From assembly GCA_964403205.1 (NCBI GenBank), contig CAYOER010000001.1, positions 14,037-78,036 on the forward strand: a stretch of DNA of 64,000 nucleotides, written 5' to 3'. The DNA is from an uncultured Candidatus Saccharibacteria bacterium. GTDB lineage: Bacteria > Patescibacteriota > Minisyncoccia > Phycocordibacterales > PALSA-1337. Below are positions 30,016-40,118 of the stretch, piece by piece. The notes beneath the pieces were generated by a model. That model was not told the origin of the DNA. It ran no database searches and saw only the letters and a list, made by a program, of their open reading frames with translations. Numbering within the stretch: the stretch's first letter is position 1; every line of letters begins with the position of its first letter. A program made the translations under genes and the position numbers.

Positions 30016-30471
30016 ATGAATAATCAAGTAAAGCCAATATCTTTTCTGCTACTTCAGAAAGAGTTTCTCTCAGCAATAAAGTCTCAGTGTCACATGCTAG
30101 GTGTGAGGGGCAGTAAAGATCTGTCTGTCAGGACCGGTATCAGTGAGGAGACTGCTACGGTTCTCTATAACTCTGCATATAGCAAAACGCCTATCACAAC
30201 GGTGCTGGTGGTGAATGGTAGGGAATGGGATGATGTTTTTTCCTGCCTCGGTATATCCTGGGCTGTAGTGGTGAATCAAGTATTAGAAATGTCTACAGAC
30301 GAAGCCATTTCCGAGCAGGACATTCTTGTGCCTATTGATACAGAACTTTCCATTTTCGGATACTATACTGCATTCATTCTCAAGGCGAGTATGATTACAC
30401 CCGCTATGATTGGATTTCACGATGGTGACACCAGGACTATGTCCGTCAGTCATCATTTTGGTGAATGGTGA
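30016..30471 (+). CDS. Hypothetical protein (possible N-terminal HTH)
   Basis: Upstream TTGACT-N17-TAGACT; DLSVRTGISEETAT resembles an XRE-type helix pair; terminator at 30498-30525. Confidence 0.5.
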   Translation: MNNQVKPISFLLLQKEFLSAIKSQCHMLGVRGSKDLSVRTGISEETATVLYNSAYSKTPITTVLVVNGREWDDVFSCLGISWAVVVNQVLEMSTDEAISEQDILVPIDTELSIFGYYTAFILKASMITPAMIGFHDGDTRTMSVSHHFGEW

Positions 30472-30497
30472 ATTCTGAGGTGTGAACAAAAACACGG

Positions 30498-30525
30498 AAC
30501 CGCGTCATGCACGCGGTTTTCTTTT
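30498..30525 (+). terminator. Intrinsic terminator
   Basis: AACCGCGT-CATGC-ACGCGGTT followed by TTCTTTT. Confidence 0.75.
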
Positions 30526-30605
30526 GTTTTTATAATAGATATGATATTTATTGAATAATAACGACTTCTTGACATATATAGAAATATAAGTTAGCATATA
30601 TACAC

Positions 30606-30689
30606 ATGACAAATTTTATCAACAACTTTAATACGTCACCAAATCCTGCACCTAAAGCAGGCTCTCTACGCTGTGTTCCCAGTATTTAA
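30606..30689 (+). CDS. Putative 27-aa leader peptide MTNFINNFNTSPNPAPKAGSLRCVPSI (not in the ORF track)
   Basis: ATG lies 8 nt after TTGACA-N17-TAGCAT; the ORF overlaps the antiterminator arm. Confidence 0.6.
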   Translation: MTNFINNFNTSPNPAPKAGSLRCVPSI

Positions 30690-30745
30690 ACCATAAAACG
30701 TTGAATACCTAAAACACCGCGCAGATGCGGTGTTTTTAGTTCTTT
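30669..30745 (+). promoter_or_regulatory. Transcription attenuator (terminator/antiterminator pair) upstream of the ABC exporter
   Basis: Terminator AAAACACCGC/GCGGTGTTTT; alternative pairing CGCTGTGTT with AACACCGCG and GTATTTAA with TTGAATAC. Confidence 0.65.
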
Positions 30746-30801
30746 GATTATATTGTTCTTTCTGTTCTTAGACAATTCAAAACTCAACAAAAAGGTTAGA
30801 A

Positions 30802-32574
30802 ATGAAAATAATCGGTAATGACCCGATCAGTTATCTGTTTGGGAAAACGTGGAAGTATTCCGAAGGGAATAGGAAAAAGATAGTTGCGTACTGGCTGTGT
30901 TTCATCACTGCCAACGCTTTCTCTCTCATCACATATCCACTCACATTGTCGGAGTTAATCAATACGGTGCAGTTGCAGGGAATTACGAGCGATAACTTCG
31001 CATATTTATGCATGTTGCTCGCTATACTTCCTCTGACGAACTTCATCTTTTGGTGTTTCCATGGACCAGGTAGATACCTAGAAAGTATGAACAGCTTTCG
31101 CTGTCGGATAAATAAACGCAAACATCTCTTTAAGGGTGTTATGACGCTTCCTATGCAATGGCATGTAGATCATCATTCTGGGGACACAATCAGTAAAGTA
31201 GGAAAGGGCACACAGGCACTTTTCGACTTTTCATCGGAGGCATTTCTTGTCATACGACTAATTGTCATGCTCATCGTCTGTTGTTACATGCTCGCTCGAA
31301 ATAGTATTTCGATTGCACTCATCGTCGCAGGTACGGTACTACTTACTACGTGTATCACGATGTATTTCGATAAGGTCATCATGGCCTATCTCGAAATCTT
31401 GAACAAGCTTGAGAATGAAGCAGCTGCAGAAGTTCAGGATAACATTGGCAATATTGTCACGGTTATTATCCTTCGGGTTGAAAACTTCGTCTATGCTCGA
31501 ATCGGCAAGAAACTTGATGAACCGCTCGCAGTTCAAGGTAAGTATCGAAAAGCAATTGAGATGAAATGGTTTCTTATCAGTATGTCTGGTGTCGTACTTA
31601 CTTCAATGGTACTTCTCTCGTACTTCATCGAGCATCTTGATAGTCCAGAGAAATTGCTTGTCGGAAGTATTGTACTTCTCACACAGTATTTGGATAGACT
31701 TGAAAATGTCTTCTACGACTTTACAAGTATCTACTCCAATATTGTGCAGCAATACACGCAAGTGCAAGACTCGGAAAAACTCACAGAAGAGTTCCGAGAA
31801 AAAAGTTTGCAAAATCATCTTCTGCCGAAGGATTGGAGGGAAATAACAGTCAGAGATCTTAACTTTTCGTATCATCGTGAGAAGAGTCGGGAACAACACC
31901 TTACCAATCTCTCATTTTGGATACGTAGAGGCGAAAAGATCGCCTTTGTCGGTAAAAGTGGAAATGGAAAGTCGACATGCTTTAGTCTGATCATGGCACT
32001 TTACGATGCATTATCGGCTGAAATCTCTGTCGATGGTGTTACTGTTCCGAATGGCTTTGAGGGGATTTGTCGTGATATCGCGCTCGTCCCACAGGCTCCA
32101 GAGATATTTGCTACCACTGTGCGTGAGAATATCACAATGGGAGCAGATGTGAGTGAAGAGACACTTCGTCACTATACAGAGATGGCTTGTCTCACCGATG
32201 TTGTCGAACGCATGCCGAAAAAGTTTGATTCGAAGATTAACGAGAAGGGTGTGAATCTTTCTGTTGGCGAACAACAACGGCTTGCCCTCGCACGAGGATT
32301 GCTAGTCTGTAAAGACAAATCAATCATCTTACTCGATGAGCCTACTAGTAGTCTCGATGCTGTAACTGAATTCCGTGTATATGAAAATGTATTTCGGATC
32401 AAAAATACAGCTGTCATCTCCTCGATTCACCGTTTCAACCTACTACCACTTTTTGACTACATTTATGTATTTGAGAAGGGTAGGATTGTCGCTCATGGAA
32501 CTCTATTAGAACTTCGTAAGCGAAGCTCTGAGTTTCAAGAATTGTACAAGAGTTACGAGAACGCTCAGAAGTAA
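30802..32574 (+). CDS. ABC exporter, fused permease and ATPase (GC-richer paralogue)
   Basis: HHSGDTISKV, GKSGNGKS, NLSVGEQQR, LLDEPTSSLD, SIHR. Confidence 0.9.
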   Translation: MKIIGNDPISYLFGKTWKYSEGNRKKIVAYWLCFITANAFSLITYPLTLSELINTVQLQGITSDNFAYLCMLLAILPLTNFIFWCFHGPGRYLESMNSFRCRINKRKHLFKGVMTLPMQWHVDHHSGDTISKVGKGTQALFDFSSEAFLVIRLIVMLIVCCYMLARNSISIALIVAGTVLLTTCITMYFDKVIMAYLEILNKLENEAAAEVQDNIGNIVTVIILRVENFVYARIGKKLDEPLAVQGKYRKAIEMKWFLISMSGVVLTSMVLLSYFIEHLDSPEKLLVGSIVLLTQYLDRLENVFYDFTSIYSNIVQQYTQVQDSEKLTEEFREKSLQNHLLPKDWREITVRDLNFSYHREKSREQHLTNLSFWIRRGEKIAFVGKSGNGKSTCFSLIMALYDALSAEISVDGVTVPNGFEGICRDIALVPQAPEIFATTVRENITMGADVSEETLRHYTEMACLTDVVERMPKKFDSKINEKGVNLSVGEQQRLALARGLLVCKDKSIILLDEPTSSLDAVTEFRVYENVFRIKNTAVISSIHRFNLLPLFDYIYVFEKGRIVAHGTLLELRKRSSEFQELYKSYENAQK

Positions 32575-32592
32575 CCAAGAGCAAACTATCAC

Positions 32593-32626
32593 AAGCAGTC
32601 TAGGACAACCTAGGCTGCTTTTTTTT
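32593..32626 (+). terminator. Intrinsic terminator
   Basis: AAGCAGTCTAGG-ACAA-CCTAGGCTGCTT followed by a T run. Confidence 0.85.
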
Positions 32627-32813
32627 AATCACTCATCCCCAACAGGGAATAGAATATAAACTATTCAAATCAAAAGTAATATTTTTTAATAATTTACCGA
32701 AAACAAGAATCCAAGATTTTATTAGTATTATAAACAGGGAACCCCTTACAGCGCTCAATGTAGAGTGTCGCACAATCTTTCTTTTACGATGTGGTTAGTT
32801 TGGTAATCCCCTG

Positions 32814-33131
32814 TTATTGCACCAAATTTGGTTCTGCGAGCTTTGGTGCAAGCTTATCTATATCTGTAGGTTCATTGTTCCCCACTTTCTTTAGATTGTT
32901 CATAGCTGGATACCAAACAATTTTTAGGAATATTTCCTTCCATAGATATGTTACTGGTTTTTTCAAAAATCCATGCCAAGCTTTATAAGCTAATGTTTGA
33001 ACATAATTGAAATTACTCTGCGTCGTAGGTGCCTCTATAGCCTTCCTAATATCGAATCCATAGTATCCGAGTACTATAAGAGCTATTACTATTATTACAA
33101 TCCATTTTATAAAGCCTTGATTTGTTTGCAT
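32814..33131 (-). CDS. Small membrane protein with a pilin-like N-terminus
   Basis: NQG|FIKWIVIIVIALIVLGYYGF. Confidence 0.6.
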   Translation of the reverse strand: MQTNQGFIKWIVIIVIALIVLGYYGFDIRKAIEAPTTQSNFNYVQTLAYKAWHGFLKKPVTYLWKEIFLKIVWYPAMNNLKKVGNNEPTDIDKLAPKLAEPNLVQ

Positions 33132-33208
33132 AAAAATTTTTTATTAATTTAATTATATTATTTATACTTAATATTTTATCATATTTAATAAAAAGGTTTA
33201 TAGGATTT

Positions 33209-34480
33209 TTAGAGATAAGATAGGGGATTCAAATATGCTTTGAGATCAGCTACAGGGACAGTCGCACCCTTGCAATTTTTACTATTCACAAATGTAGTAA
33301 TCTGCACACCTTGGGTAGCATATACACCATAGTGTAGATGTGGACCAGTAGTATAGCCTGTATTGCCACTATAGCCGATTATCTGACCCGTAGAGACTTT
33401 GTCACCCTTTGCAACAGTCTGGAGTGATAGATGAGCATATAGAGTCGATAGACCGTTTATATGTTCTATCATTATCCATTTACCATAGGAATAGCATCCA
33501 GGAACTAGATCGGTATTGGCAACTCCTGTGACAGTACCACTGAGGGAGGCCTTTATCGGTGTACCGACAGAAGCAGCAAAATCTACACCAGTATGACCTT
33601 TACCATTATATATTTGTGGATTCTTCGTAGAGAAAGGTGTATTACCGAAATATTGCGTTATCCTAATATTCAATAATGGCCAAGCGAGTATTCCTGAACC
33701 TGTATGTGGTATAAGACTAGGGTCTATAGCGATTCTCAAGGCGCTTTCATATTCCAACATTTCCCTTTCAAATGCCTCTTTCTGTGCCTTCTTTGAAGCT
33801 AGTATTTTCTTATAATTTGATTCTGTATTTTTTGTAGATTTTAAAAGATTATTTTTCTCTACTGTATTTTCTGCTACTATCTTTTTCTGATTAACTAGAT
33901 CTTTTTCTAATGATAATAATTCGGCTTTTTTTGCTTCCGTCTTTACTTTATTTTCTTCTAGAGAAACTTTTATATCTTTTAATTCAGATATTCTATTTCT
34001 CACACTGCTCTGTAGAGCATTAAGATTATCTGTTTCCTCCCATAATTCTCCAAAGCTTTTTGCTCCTAATATAGTTTCAAATATAGAATTAGACTCTGAT
34101 CTAGATATAGCTCCTAGGGACTGGGATATCACCCTCCTACCGTCTCCTATACGGACATTCTTATCATCTATTTGTAGAGATAACTCCTGTATTTCTAGAT
34201 TTGTAGAAGATATTCTATTTTCTGTAATAGATAGATCTGCCTCCAATTTTTTCTTTGTAAGATCTAGAGATGCTAAAGTATTTTTCAATGAATCTGCTTC
34301 TTTACCCAGGCTTTCTATTTGCCCTTGATATTTCTTTATTTCTTCTTCTAGAGCTTTAATATTATTACCCTTTTCATTTATTTTATTTTTCAATTCATCT
34401 ATTGTCTGTCCATAGGCAGTAGAATATGAAAGAAATATTAGAGTAAATATAAAAAGAATTTTAAATAATTTCATAGGCAA
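33209..34480 (-). CDS. Coiled-coil M23 peptidase (murein hydrolase/activator)
   Basis: Signal peptide, long coiled coil, HTGVDF, YAHLS, TGPHLH. Confidence 0.9.
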   Translation of the reverse strand: MPMKLFKILFIFTLIFLSYSTAYGQTIDELKNKINEKGNNIKALEEEIKKYQGQIESLGKEADSLKNTLASLDLTKKKLEADLSITENRISSTNLEIQELSLQIDDKNVRIGDGRRVISQSLGAISRSESNSIFETILGAKSFGELWEETDNLNALQSSVRNRISELKDIKVSLEENKVKTEAKKAELLSLEKDLVNQKKIVAENTVEKNNLLKSTKNTESNYKKILASKKAQKEAFEREMLEYESALRIAIDPSLIPHTGSGILAWPLLNIRITQYFGNTPFSTKNPQIYNGKGHTGVDFAASVGTPIKASLSGTVTGVANTDLVPGCYSYGKWIMIEHINGLSTLYAHLSLQTVAKGDKVSTGQIIGYSGNTGYTTGPHLHYGVYATQGVQITTFVNSKNCKGATVPVADLKAYLNPLSYL

Positions 34481-35768
34481 AAGTAAGTCTTTTAACTGTC
34501 TCTTCTTTGCCGAGTATATCTGCTAGTATGAATGGATCCGGACTCTTATCCTTCCCTGATAGGGCATAGCGCATAGGCCAGAGGATATTGCCCTTCCCTA
34601 TCGCTATTGCTATAGGCCATATTGCAGATTTTATATTGTCTTTTGTAAAATTATCATTATCTATTTTAGAAATTATCTCTATAATATTTTTCAAATATTT
34701 TTTTGTATTTACTAGATCCTTTTCTTCCTTCCATTTCAGAGATTCTTTTGTATATTCTTTCAATTGATTAGTAAAAGACAATTCCCCTTCCAATAGTTCA
34801 GGTATTTGACTAAAATATGATATTTTTTCTTTTAATAACAGCATTATCTTATCTGGTATTTCTTTTTTAGTGAAGTCGTTTACAGATTTTATAAAATCTT
34901 CAATATTCATTTTTTCTATGTATTGTCTATTTATCCAATTCAATTTTTCTTCATTGAATATTGCTCCGCTTTTCTGTACCTTCTCTAAACTAAATTTAGA
35001 GATAATCTCTTCTATTGATAGAATCTCTTGATCTGTACCAGGATTCCAACCGAGTAGCATCATATAGTTCACCAATGCCTGTGGAAGATAGCCTTTATTT
35101 CTATATTCTGTTATAGCTAGAGCACCTTTTCTCTTCGAAAGTTTTGATTTATCAGGAGATAGAAGCAGTGGGACATGGGCATACAGTGGTTGTGGTATAC
35201 CTAGGGCTTCTTGTATCAAAATATGTCTTGGAGTATTGGATATATGGTCCTCCCCCCTTATGATAAGTGTCACTCCCATTTCACTATCATCTACTACTAC
35301 GACTAGATGGAAGACTGGCTCAGTCATGCTCCTAGCAATGATAAAATCACCGAGTTCTGTAGTATCAAATTCTATTTTCCCTCTTATAAGATCATTCCAG
35401 CTGACTTTCTTATTTGGATTTCTGAAACGTATTACTTCTTCCCTATCACCCTCATTTTTTATAGTTTCTTTTGAAATATATGCATGATTGGAATCTATAA
35501 GTTTCTGAATATATGATCTATGTATATCTTCTCTGTCACTCTGTCTATAGAATTCATCATATTTTATTCCGAGCCATTCTAAGCTCTCTATTATATTTTC
35601 TTCATATTCTTTCTTAGAACGAGCTTTATCTGTATCCTCTATTCTTAATATAAATTTACCCTTATTCTGTAGAGCATAGATATATGCAAAAAGCGCTGTT
35701 CTATAGTTGCCAGCATGTAGGAATCCTGTAGGTGATGGTGCAAATCTGGTTATTACTTTTTTATCCAT
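34461..35768 (-). CDS. gltX: Glutamyl-tRNA synthetase
   Basis: RFAPSPTG, HAGN, LRIEDTD, IRGEDH, KLSKR. Confidence 0.96.
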   Translation of the reverse strand: MDKKVITRFAPSPTGFLHAGNYRTALFAYIYALQNKGKFILRIEDTDKARSKKEYEENIIESLEWLGIKYDEFYRQSDREDIHRSYIQKLIDSNHAYISKETIKNEGDREEVIRFRNPNKKVSWNDLIRGKIEFDTTELGDFIIARSMTEPVFHLVVVVDDSEMGVTLIIRGEDHISNTPRHILIQEALGIPQPLYAHVPLLLSPDKSKLSKRKGALAITEYRNKGYLPQALVNYMMLLGWNPGTDQEILSIEEIISKFSLEKVQKSGAIFNEEKLNWINRQYIEKMNIEDFIKSVNDFTKKEIPDKIMLLLKEKISYFSQIPELLEGELSFTNQLKEYTKESLKWKEEKDLVNTKKYLKNIIEIISKIDNDNFTKDNIKSAIWPIAIAIGKGNILWPMRYALSGKDKSPDPFILADILGKEETVKRLTFAYEII

Positions 35769-35838
35769 ATTATCATGCATTATAACATAAAAGCGCCTTT
35801 TGGCGCCTATTATGTATCTTATTTATATATGAAGTTTA

Positions 35839-36342
35839 TTATCCCTTTATCTCTGTAATATTTGTAGTTGCTCTGAATGTTTTCATTATGATATTACCCT
35901 TTGAATCCTTTAATGGTAGATCTTTACTTGCATTGAATGTCTTATCCCCGTCATCACTATGAAGCATTGCATAATACATCTTACCATCTACTGTGTTCTT
36001 TGAAAGCATAACCTTGCCTGTATTTGTACCCTTATCAAAGTATATAGATCCTATTATATCTCCTGGTATACCGTCTTTGTCCTCATGTATGACGACAAAA
36101 CCTGGCTTTGCAAATTGTACGGATGATATATATGCTACATTTCCTGGATATTGATCATTTATTACTATTCTATTTATTTCATTGGAAGTAGCTGTATCGT
36201 CTGTTAATTCTGTATCATCGCTCTCTGTTGGAGCTTCTGCACTTTTACCGCTGAACATATAATATCCTAAAACAATAAGAATAATGATAACTATTACAGT
36301 CACTATCCATTGCCATGCCTTTATTCCCTGATTTGTTTCCAT
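35839..36342 (-). CDS. Membrane-anchored hypothetical protein
   Basis: N-terminal TM helix; GFVVIHED, YYAMLHSDDGD. Confidence 0.6.
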   Translation of the reverse strand: METNQGIKAWQWIVTVIVIIILIVLGYYMFSGKSAEAPTESDDTELTDDTATSNEINRIVINDQYPGNVAYISSVQFAKPGFVVIHEDKDGIPGDIIGSIYFDKGTNTGKVMLSKNTVDGKMYYAMLHSDDGDKTFNASKDLPLKDSKGNIIMKTFRATTNITEIKG

Positions 36343-36402
36343 TTTATTTTTATTAATTAAGTTATAATGCCGATCTCTTTATTTAATAGCACTATATCAT
36401 GA

Positions 36403-37554
36403 TTAGCTTTCATGTTCAAGACCTATTGAGATTAGAGCTTCAGCTATTTTTGCTGATGCATCAGAATGGCTCCATTGCTTGGCATTCTGGCTCATCTTCT
36501 CAGAAATATGCTTATTATTTACTATATTGTCAATTTCTCTGACTAGAATAGCGTCGCTGAGATTATTTTCTTCTATTACTATACAGGCACCGGTTTTTGC
36601 ATATGAAAAGGCATTATCTACTTGATCATGACTCACCTCCTTTGGTAAAGGAATAATAATAGACGGTATTCCCCAGTTTGATATTTCAAATATTGCTGAA
36701 CCAGCACGAGATACTATAACACTGGCTATACCTGCACTCATACGTATAGCTAGATCATTGAGATAATCAAATGGATGATAGCGATATGAATTTGGATTAT
36801 CTTTCAAGACTATTTTTACCATTTCTTTTATTGGTTCTAGATTCTTCCTACCTGTCTGATGTATAACTTCATATCTTTTTATAAGCTCTGGTAGAGCATC
36901 AACTATTGTATCGTTTATAATCTGTGATCCTTGTGAACCACCTAGTATAACTATAACTGGAGTTTCATTTTCTAAATGTAGGAATTCTCTAGCACCATTT
37001 GGTAGACTCTCTATTATTCCCTTTCTTATCGGTACTCCTGTGAGAGCGATTCTTTCATCTACGATATTATCGGCGGTCTTTTTTGTAAAATATTTTGCTG
37101 ATTCTGTATATGAAATTGCAATTTTTTTAGCAAATTTCCCTGCCCATGTATTTACCATTCCCGGACTACTATCTGATTCATGGATTATGACTGGAATATG
37201 TAGAAGTTTCGCTGCAAAGAGTGCTGGGAAACTAGCATATCCACCCTTACCAAATACTATATCAGGATAAATCCTATACATCTTTATTGTGGCGATTATT
37301 ATTCCATATATAGTTCTAAAGATATCTAGGAAATTGAGTATAGAAAAATATCTACGATATTTACCAGCTGGTACATGCACATACTCTATATCATTATCAA
37401 AAAGTGCTCGAGGATTGTATTGTGTCGGAGACATGAAATACATCTTCGGTTGTATTATTTTCTTTTCTTTTACTTTATCATATATTGCTTCAGCAATAGC
37501 AATAATAGGATAGAAATGCCCACCTGTTCCACCTCCTGTAAAAAGTATTTTCAT
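36403..37554 (-). CDS. murG: MurG N-acetylglucosaminyltransferase
   Basis: TGGGTGGH, GKGGY, IHESD, GGSQGS, SRAGS. Confidence 0.95.
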   Translation of the reverse strand: MKILFTGGGTGGHFYPIIAIAEAIYDKVKEKKIIQPKMYFMSPTQYNPRALFDNDIEYVHVPAGKYRRYFSILNFLDIFRTIYGIIIATIKMYRIYPDIVFGKGGYASFPALFAAKLLHIPVIIHESDSSPGMVNTWAGKFAKKIAISYTESAKYFTKKTADNIVDERIALTGVPIRKGIIESLPNGAREFLHLENETPVIVILGGSQGSQIINDTIVDALPELIKRYEVIHQTGRKNLEPIKEMVKIVLKDNPNSYRYHPFDYLNDLAIRMSAGIASVIVSRAGSAIFEISNWGIPSIIIPLPKEVSHDQVDNAFSYAKTGACIVIEENNLSDAILVREIDNIVNNKHISEKMSQNAKQWSHSDASAKIAEALISIGLEHES

Positions 37555-37576
37555 GGTTTTATTATACCCTATTATA

Positions 37577-38674
37577 TCAATTCTTTTGATACTTTGAAAT
37601 ATTGGCTATTATACCGGTAGCAGAGAGTATAACGATGAGTGCTGTTCCACCATGGCTTATGAATAATAATGGCATGCCGGATATGGGTATGATACCGAGC
37701 ATAGAAGAAATATTCATAAAGGATTCTATAATAATGAGTATAGCTATACCACTAGAGACTAGTCTAGCAAATACATCTTCTGATCTAGATGCAATACGGA
37801 ATGAACTAAAAATAAATAGTAGGAATAAAATAATAAGAATAATACTACCGAGAAAACCGAATTCTTCTGCCTGCACAGCAAAGACCGAGTCCCCTATTGG
37901 CTCTGGTAAATATTTGAATTTCTGTACACTCTGGCCGAATCCCCTACCAGTGAGCTCTCCTGAACCTATCGCTATGAGACTCTGTTGAACCTGATACCCT
38001 ACTTGTTGAGAGTCTAGTGTCGGATTCAAAAAAGTCTTTATACGATTAACAATATATGGTTTACTCATGATGATAACACTCAAGGCCAGAGACATTATAA
38101 GAAAAAGTAAAAGTATATCTCTTATCCTTCCTCCAGATATAAAAAACATAATAATCCCTGTTATAGATATCACTACGAGAGTATCCATATCGCTTTGAAG
38201 ATATAATAGTATTCCTAATACTCCTATGATAATCAAATATGGTAAAGCGCCATTGGAGAAACTCGCAACCCTATCCTTTACCATTGATAGCCAAGCTGCA
38301 AAATATATAATAAATGCAATTTTTAGGAATTCCCCTGGTTGAAAGGTGATAAAACCGAGATCTATCCATCTAGAAGCTCCACCATGTGTAAAGGAGAGTG
38401 AAGGTATAAATATTAATAAATTTATTATTATTGCGAATAAGAAAATATAGAAAGAATATTTGCGAATTATTTTATAATTGATTTTTGAAATTATAATAAA
38501 AGCGCCAATGCCTATAATTAGACTAATTAATTGTTTCAATACTACATTCTGGAAGCTAGCGCCATCACGAGCGAGTAGTCCTAGAGATGCAGAACTAAAT
38601 ACAAAAAATCCTGCTATAACGAGCAAGATCACTGAAGTTAGGAAGAATTTATCAATTTTTTGTACTATCCTCAT
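37577..38674 (-). CDS. ftsW: SEDS peptidoglycan polymerase FtsW
   Basis: GASRWI, FQPGEFLK, YQVQQS, GQSVQK..YLPE, EEFGF; adjacent to murG. Confidence 0.9.
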   Translation of the reverse strand: MRIVQKIDKFFLTSVILLVIAGFFVFSSASLGLLARDGASFQNVVLKQLISLIIGIGAFIIISKINYKIIRKYSFYIFLFAIIINLLIFIPSLSFTHGGASRWIDLGFITFQPGEFLKIAFIIYFAAWLSMVKDRVASFSNGALPYLIIIGVLGILLYLQSDMDTLVVISITGIIMFFISGGRIRDILLLFLIMSLALSVIIMSKPYIVNRIKTFLNPTLDSQQVGYQVQQSLIAIGSGELTGRGFGQSVQKFKYLPEPIGDSVFAVQAEEFGFLGSIILIILFLLFIFSSFRIASRSEDVFARLVSSGIAILIIIESFMNISSMLGIIPISGMPLLFISHGGTALIVILSATGIIANISKYQKN

Positions 38675-39209
38675 GATGTGTTTCTGTTTTATAGTTTGCT
38701 ATATCTCTTTTTACATTTTCATAATCTGGTAATTCTGTTATTTTTGATATTCCTAGATAGGATATTAATTCTAGACTGGGTTTATATAGGAAACTTCTTT
38801 GGTCTTTTGGATTATCTACTTTCTCTATGAGTCCGCGTATGAGTAGATTCCTCAGTATAAATTGGGAATTGACTCCACGTATATAGTCTATCTCCACTCT
38901 AGATAATGGACCTTCATAGAGGATAATAGATAATGTTTCTAGTCCTGCTTTTCCTAAATCTTTTATTAATTCTTCTTTTGTTAATGTTTCTATAAGACCA
39001 GATACTTCTTTAGAAGTACCGAGTGTGTATTCATCTTCCCATTCTATGAGTGTGAGTCCTCTCTCTTCTAGATCATGTGCTAGCTCTTTCAAAGCGGACT
39101 TTATTTCATCATCATCCTTTTTAAAAATCTGACAGAGACGTTTAATAGGCAAAGGTTCTGCCTTATAGAAAAGTACTGCTTCAATTTTTGCAGAAAGTGA
39201 TAATGCCAT
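38652..39209 (-). CDS. scpB: Segregation and condensation protein B
   Basis: IEAVLF, LETLSII, IDYIRGVNS. Confidence 0.92.
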   Translation of the reverse strand: MALSLSAKIEAVLFYKAEPLPIKRLCQIFKKDDDEIKSALKELAHDLEERGLTLIEWEDEYTLGTSKEVSGLIETLTKEELIKDLGKAGLETLSIILYEGPLSRVEIDYIRGVNSQFILRNLLIRGLIEKVDNPKDQRSFLYKPSLELISYLGISKITELPDYENVKRDIANYKTETHHEDSTKN

Positions 39210-39264
39210 TTATATTCGCATTATAACATAAAAATACAAAATGTATTTAATAGTTATATTTATA

Positions 39265-40041
39265 TTAATTATATCTTGGTACACCTACATTCTTTGTTTC
39301 CATCTGTATATCTCCGAAATTGCTATTCTGTTCTACATAGATAGTTCCCTGCTTTACAAGCTCAAGCATTGCGAGAAAGCCCACAATAACATTTATCTTT
39401 TCACCCTTATGATTATTAGCAAAATCTTTGAAACTCATTTTGAGCCCTACTGTTATACGTTTCGTCAGATTATCTATCATTTCTTCTAGACTAATTACTT
39501 TTCTTACTATTGCTTTTGGTATATTTTCTTTTTTAGGCAGACTATTGATTATATCTTTTATACTTTTTGCTAGAGATAATAGATTCATACTTTCATGAGG
39601 AGAAAAGATCGGCTCAATATTTCTTGCCTGTGATTGAGAAAATATTACTTCTTTACAGAATATCTCTTTTATATTGAGACTTGCTTCTTTTATTCTCTTA
39701 TATATTTTCAAACGTATTTCTAGATCATGGACATCCACCTCTTCTTCTTCTGTAAGAGATAGAGTAGGTAGGAGTGATCTGGACTTTATAAGTAGAAGAG
39801 TAGAGGCAATGAGTATGAATTGGGCACTTTCTCCTATCGGTAATTTATCAAATTGTTCTATATGATGTATATAATCATCTGTAACCTTTGCCAGAGAAAT
39901 ATCATTAATAAAAAATTTGCGCTTTTCTATTAGTGACAATAGTAGATCTAGAGGTCCTTCGAAGACTTCGGTTTTGATTTTGAATTTTATATCTGGAACT
40001 ATCTTTTCTGCTTTTATAGCTTCTATGGAGGAGTTATCCAT
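39265..40041 (-). CDS. scpA: Segregation and condensation protein A
   Basis: FEGPLDLLLSLI, IKSRSLLP, FLAMLEL. Confidence 0.93.
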   Translation of the reverse strand: MDNSSIEAIKAEKIVPDIKFKIKTEVFEGPLDLLLSLIEKRKFFINDISLAKVTDDYIHHIEQFDKLPIGESAQFILIASTLLLIKSRSLLPTLSLTEEEEVDVHDLEIRLKIYKRIKEASLNIKEIFCKEVIFSQSQARNIEPIFSPHESMNLLSLAKSIKDIINSLPKKENIPKAIVRKVISLEEMIDNLTKRITVGLKMSFKDFANNHKGEKINVIVGFLAMLELVKQGTIYVEQNSNFGDIQMETKNVGVPRYN

Positions 40042-40066
40042 GAGGGAAATTATAGCATAAAAATAA

Positions 40067-40096
40067 AAAGCCAGGAGGATAGAACTCCTTGGCTTT
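40067..40096 (-). terminator. Intrinsic terminator of the cold-shock-like gene
   Basis: AAAGCCAGGAG/CTCCTTGGCTTT stem with a T tail on the minus strand. Confidence 0.7.
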
Positions 40097-40118
40097 CATT
40101 AATTTCTCTGATTGCGAG

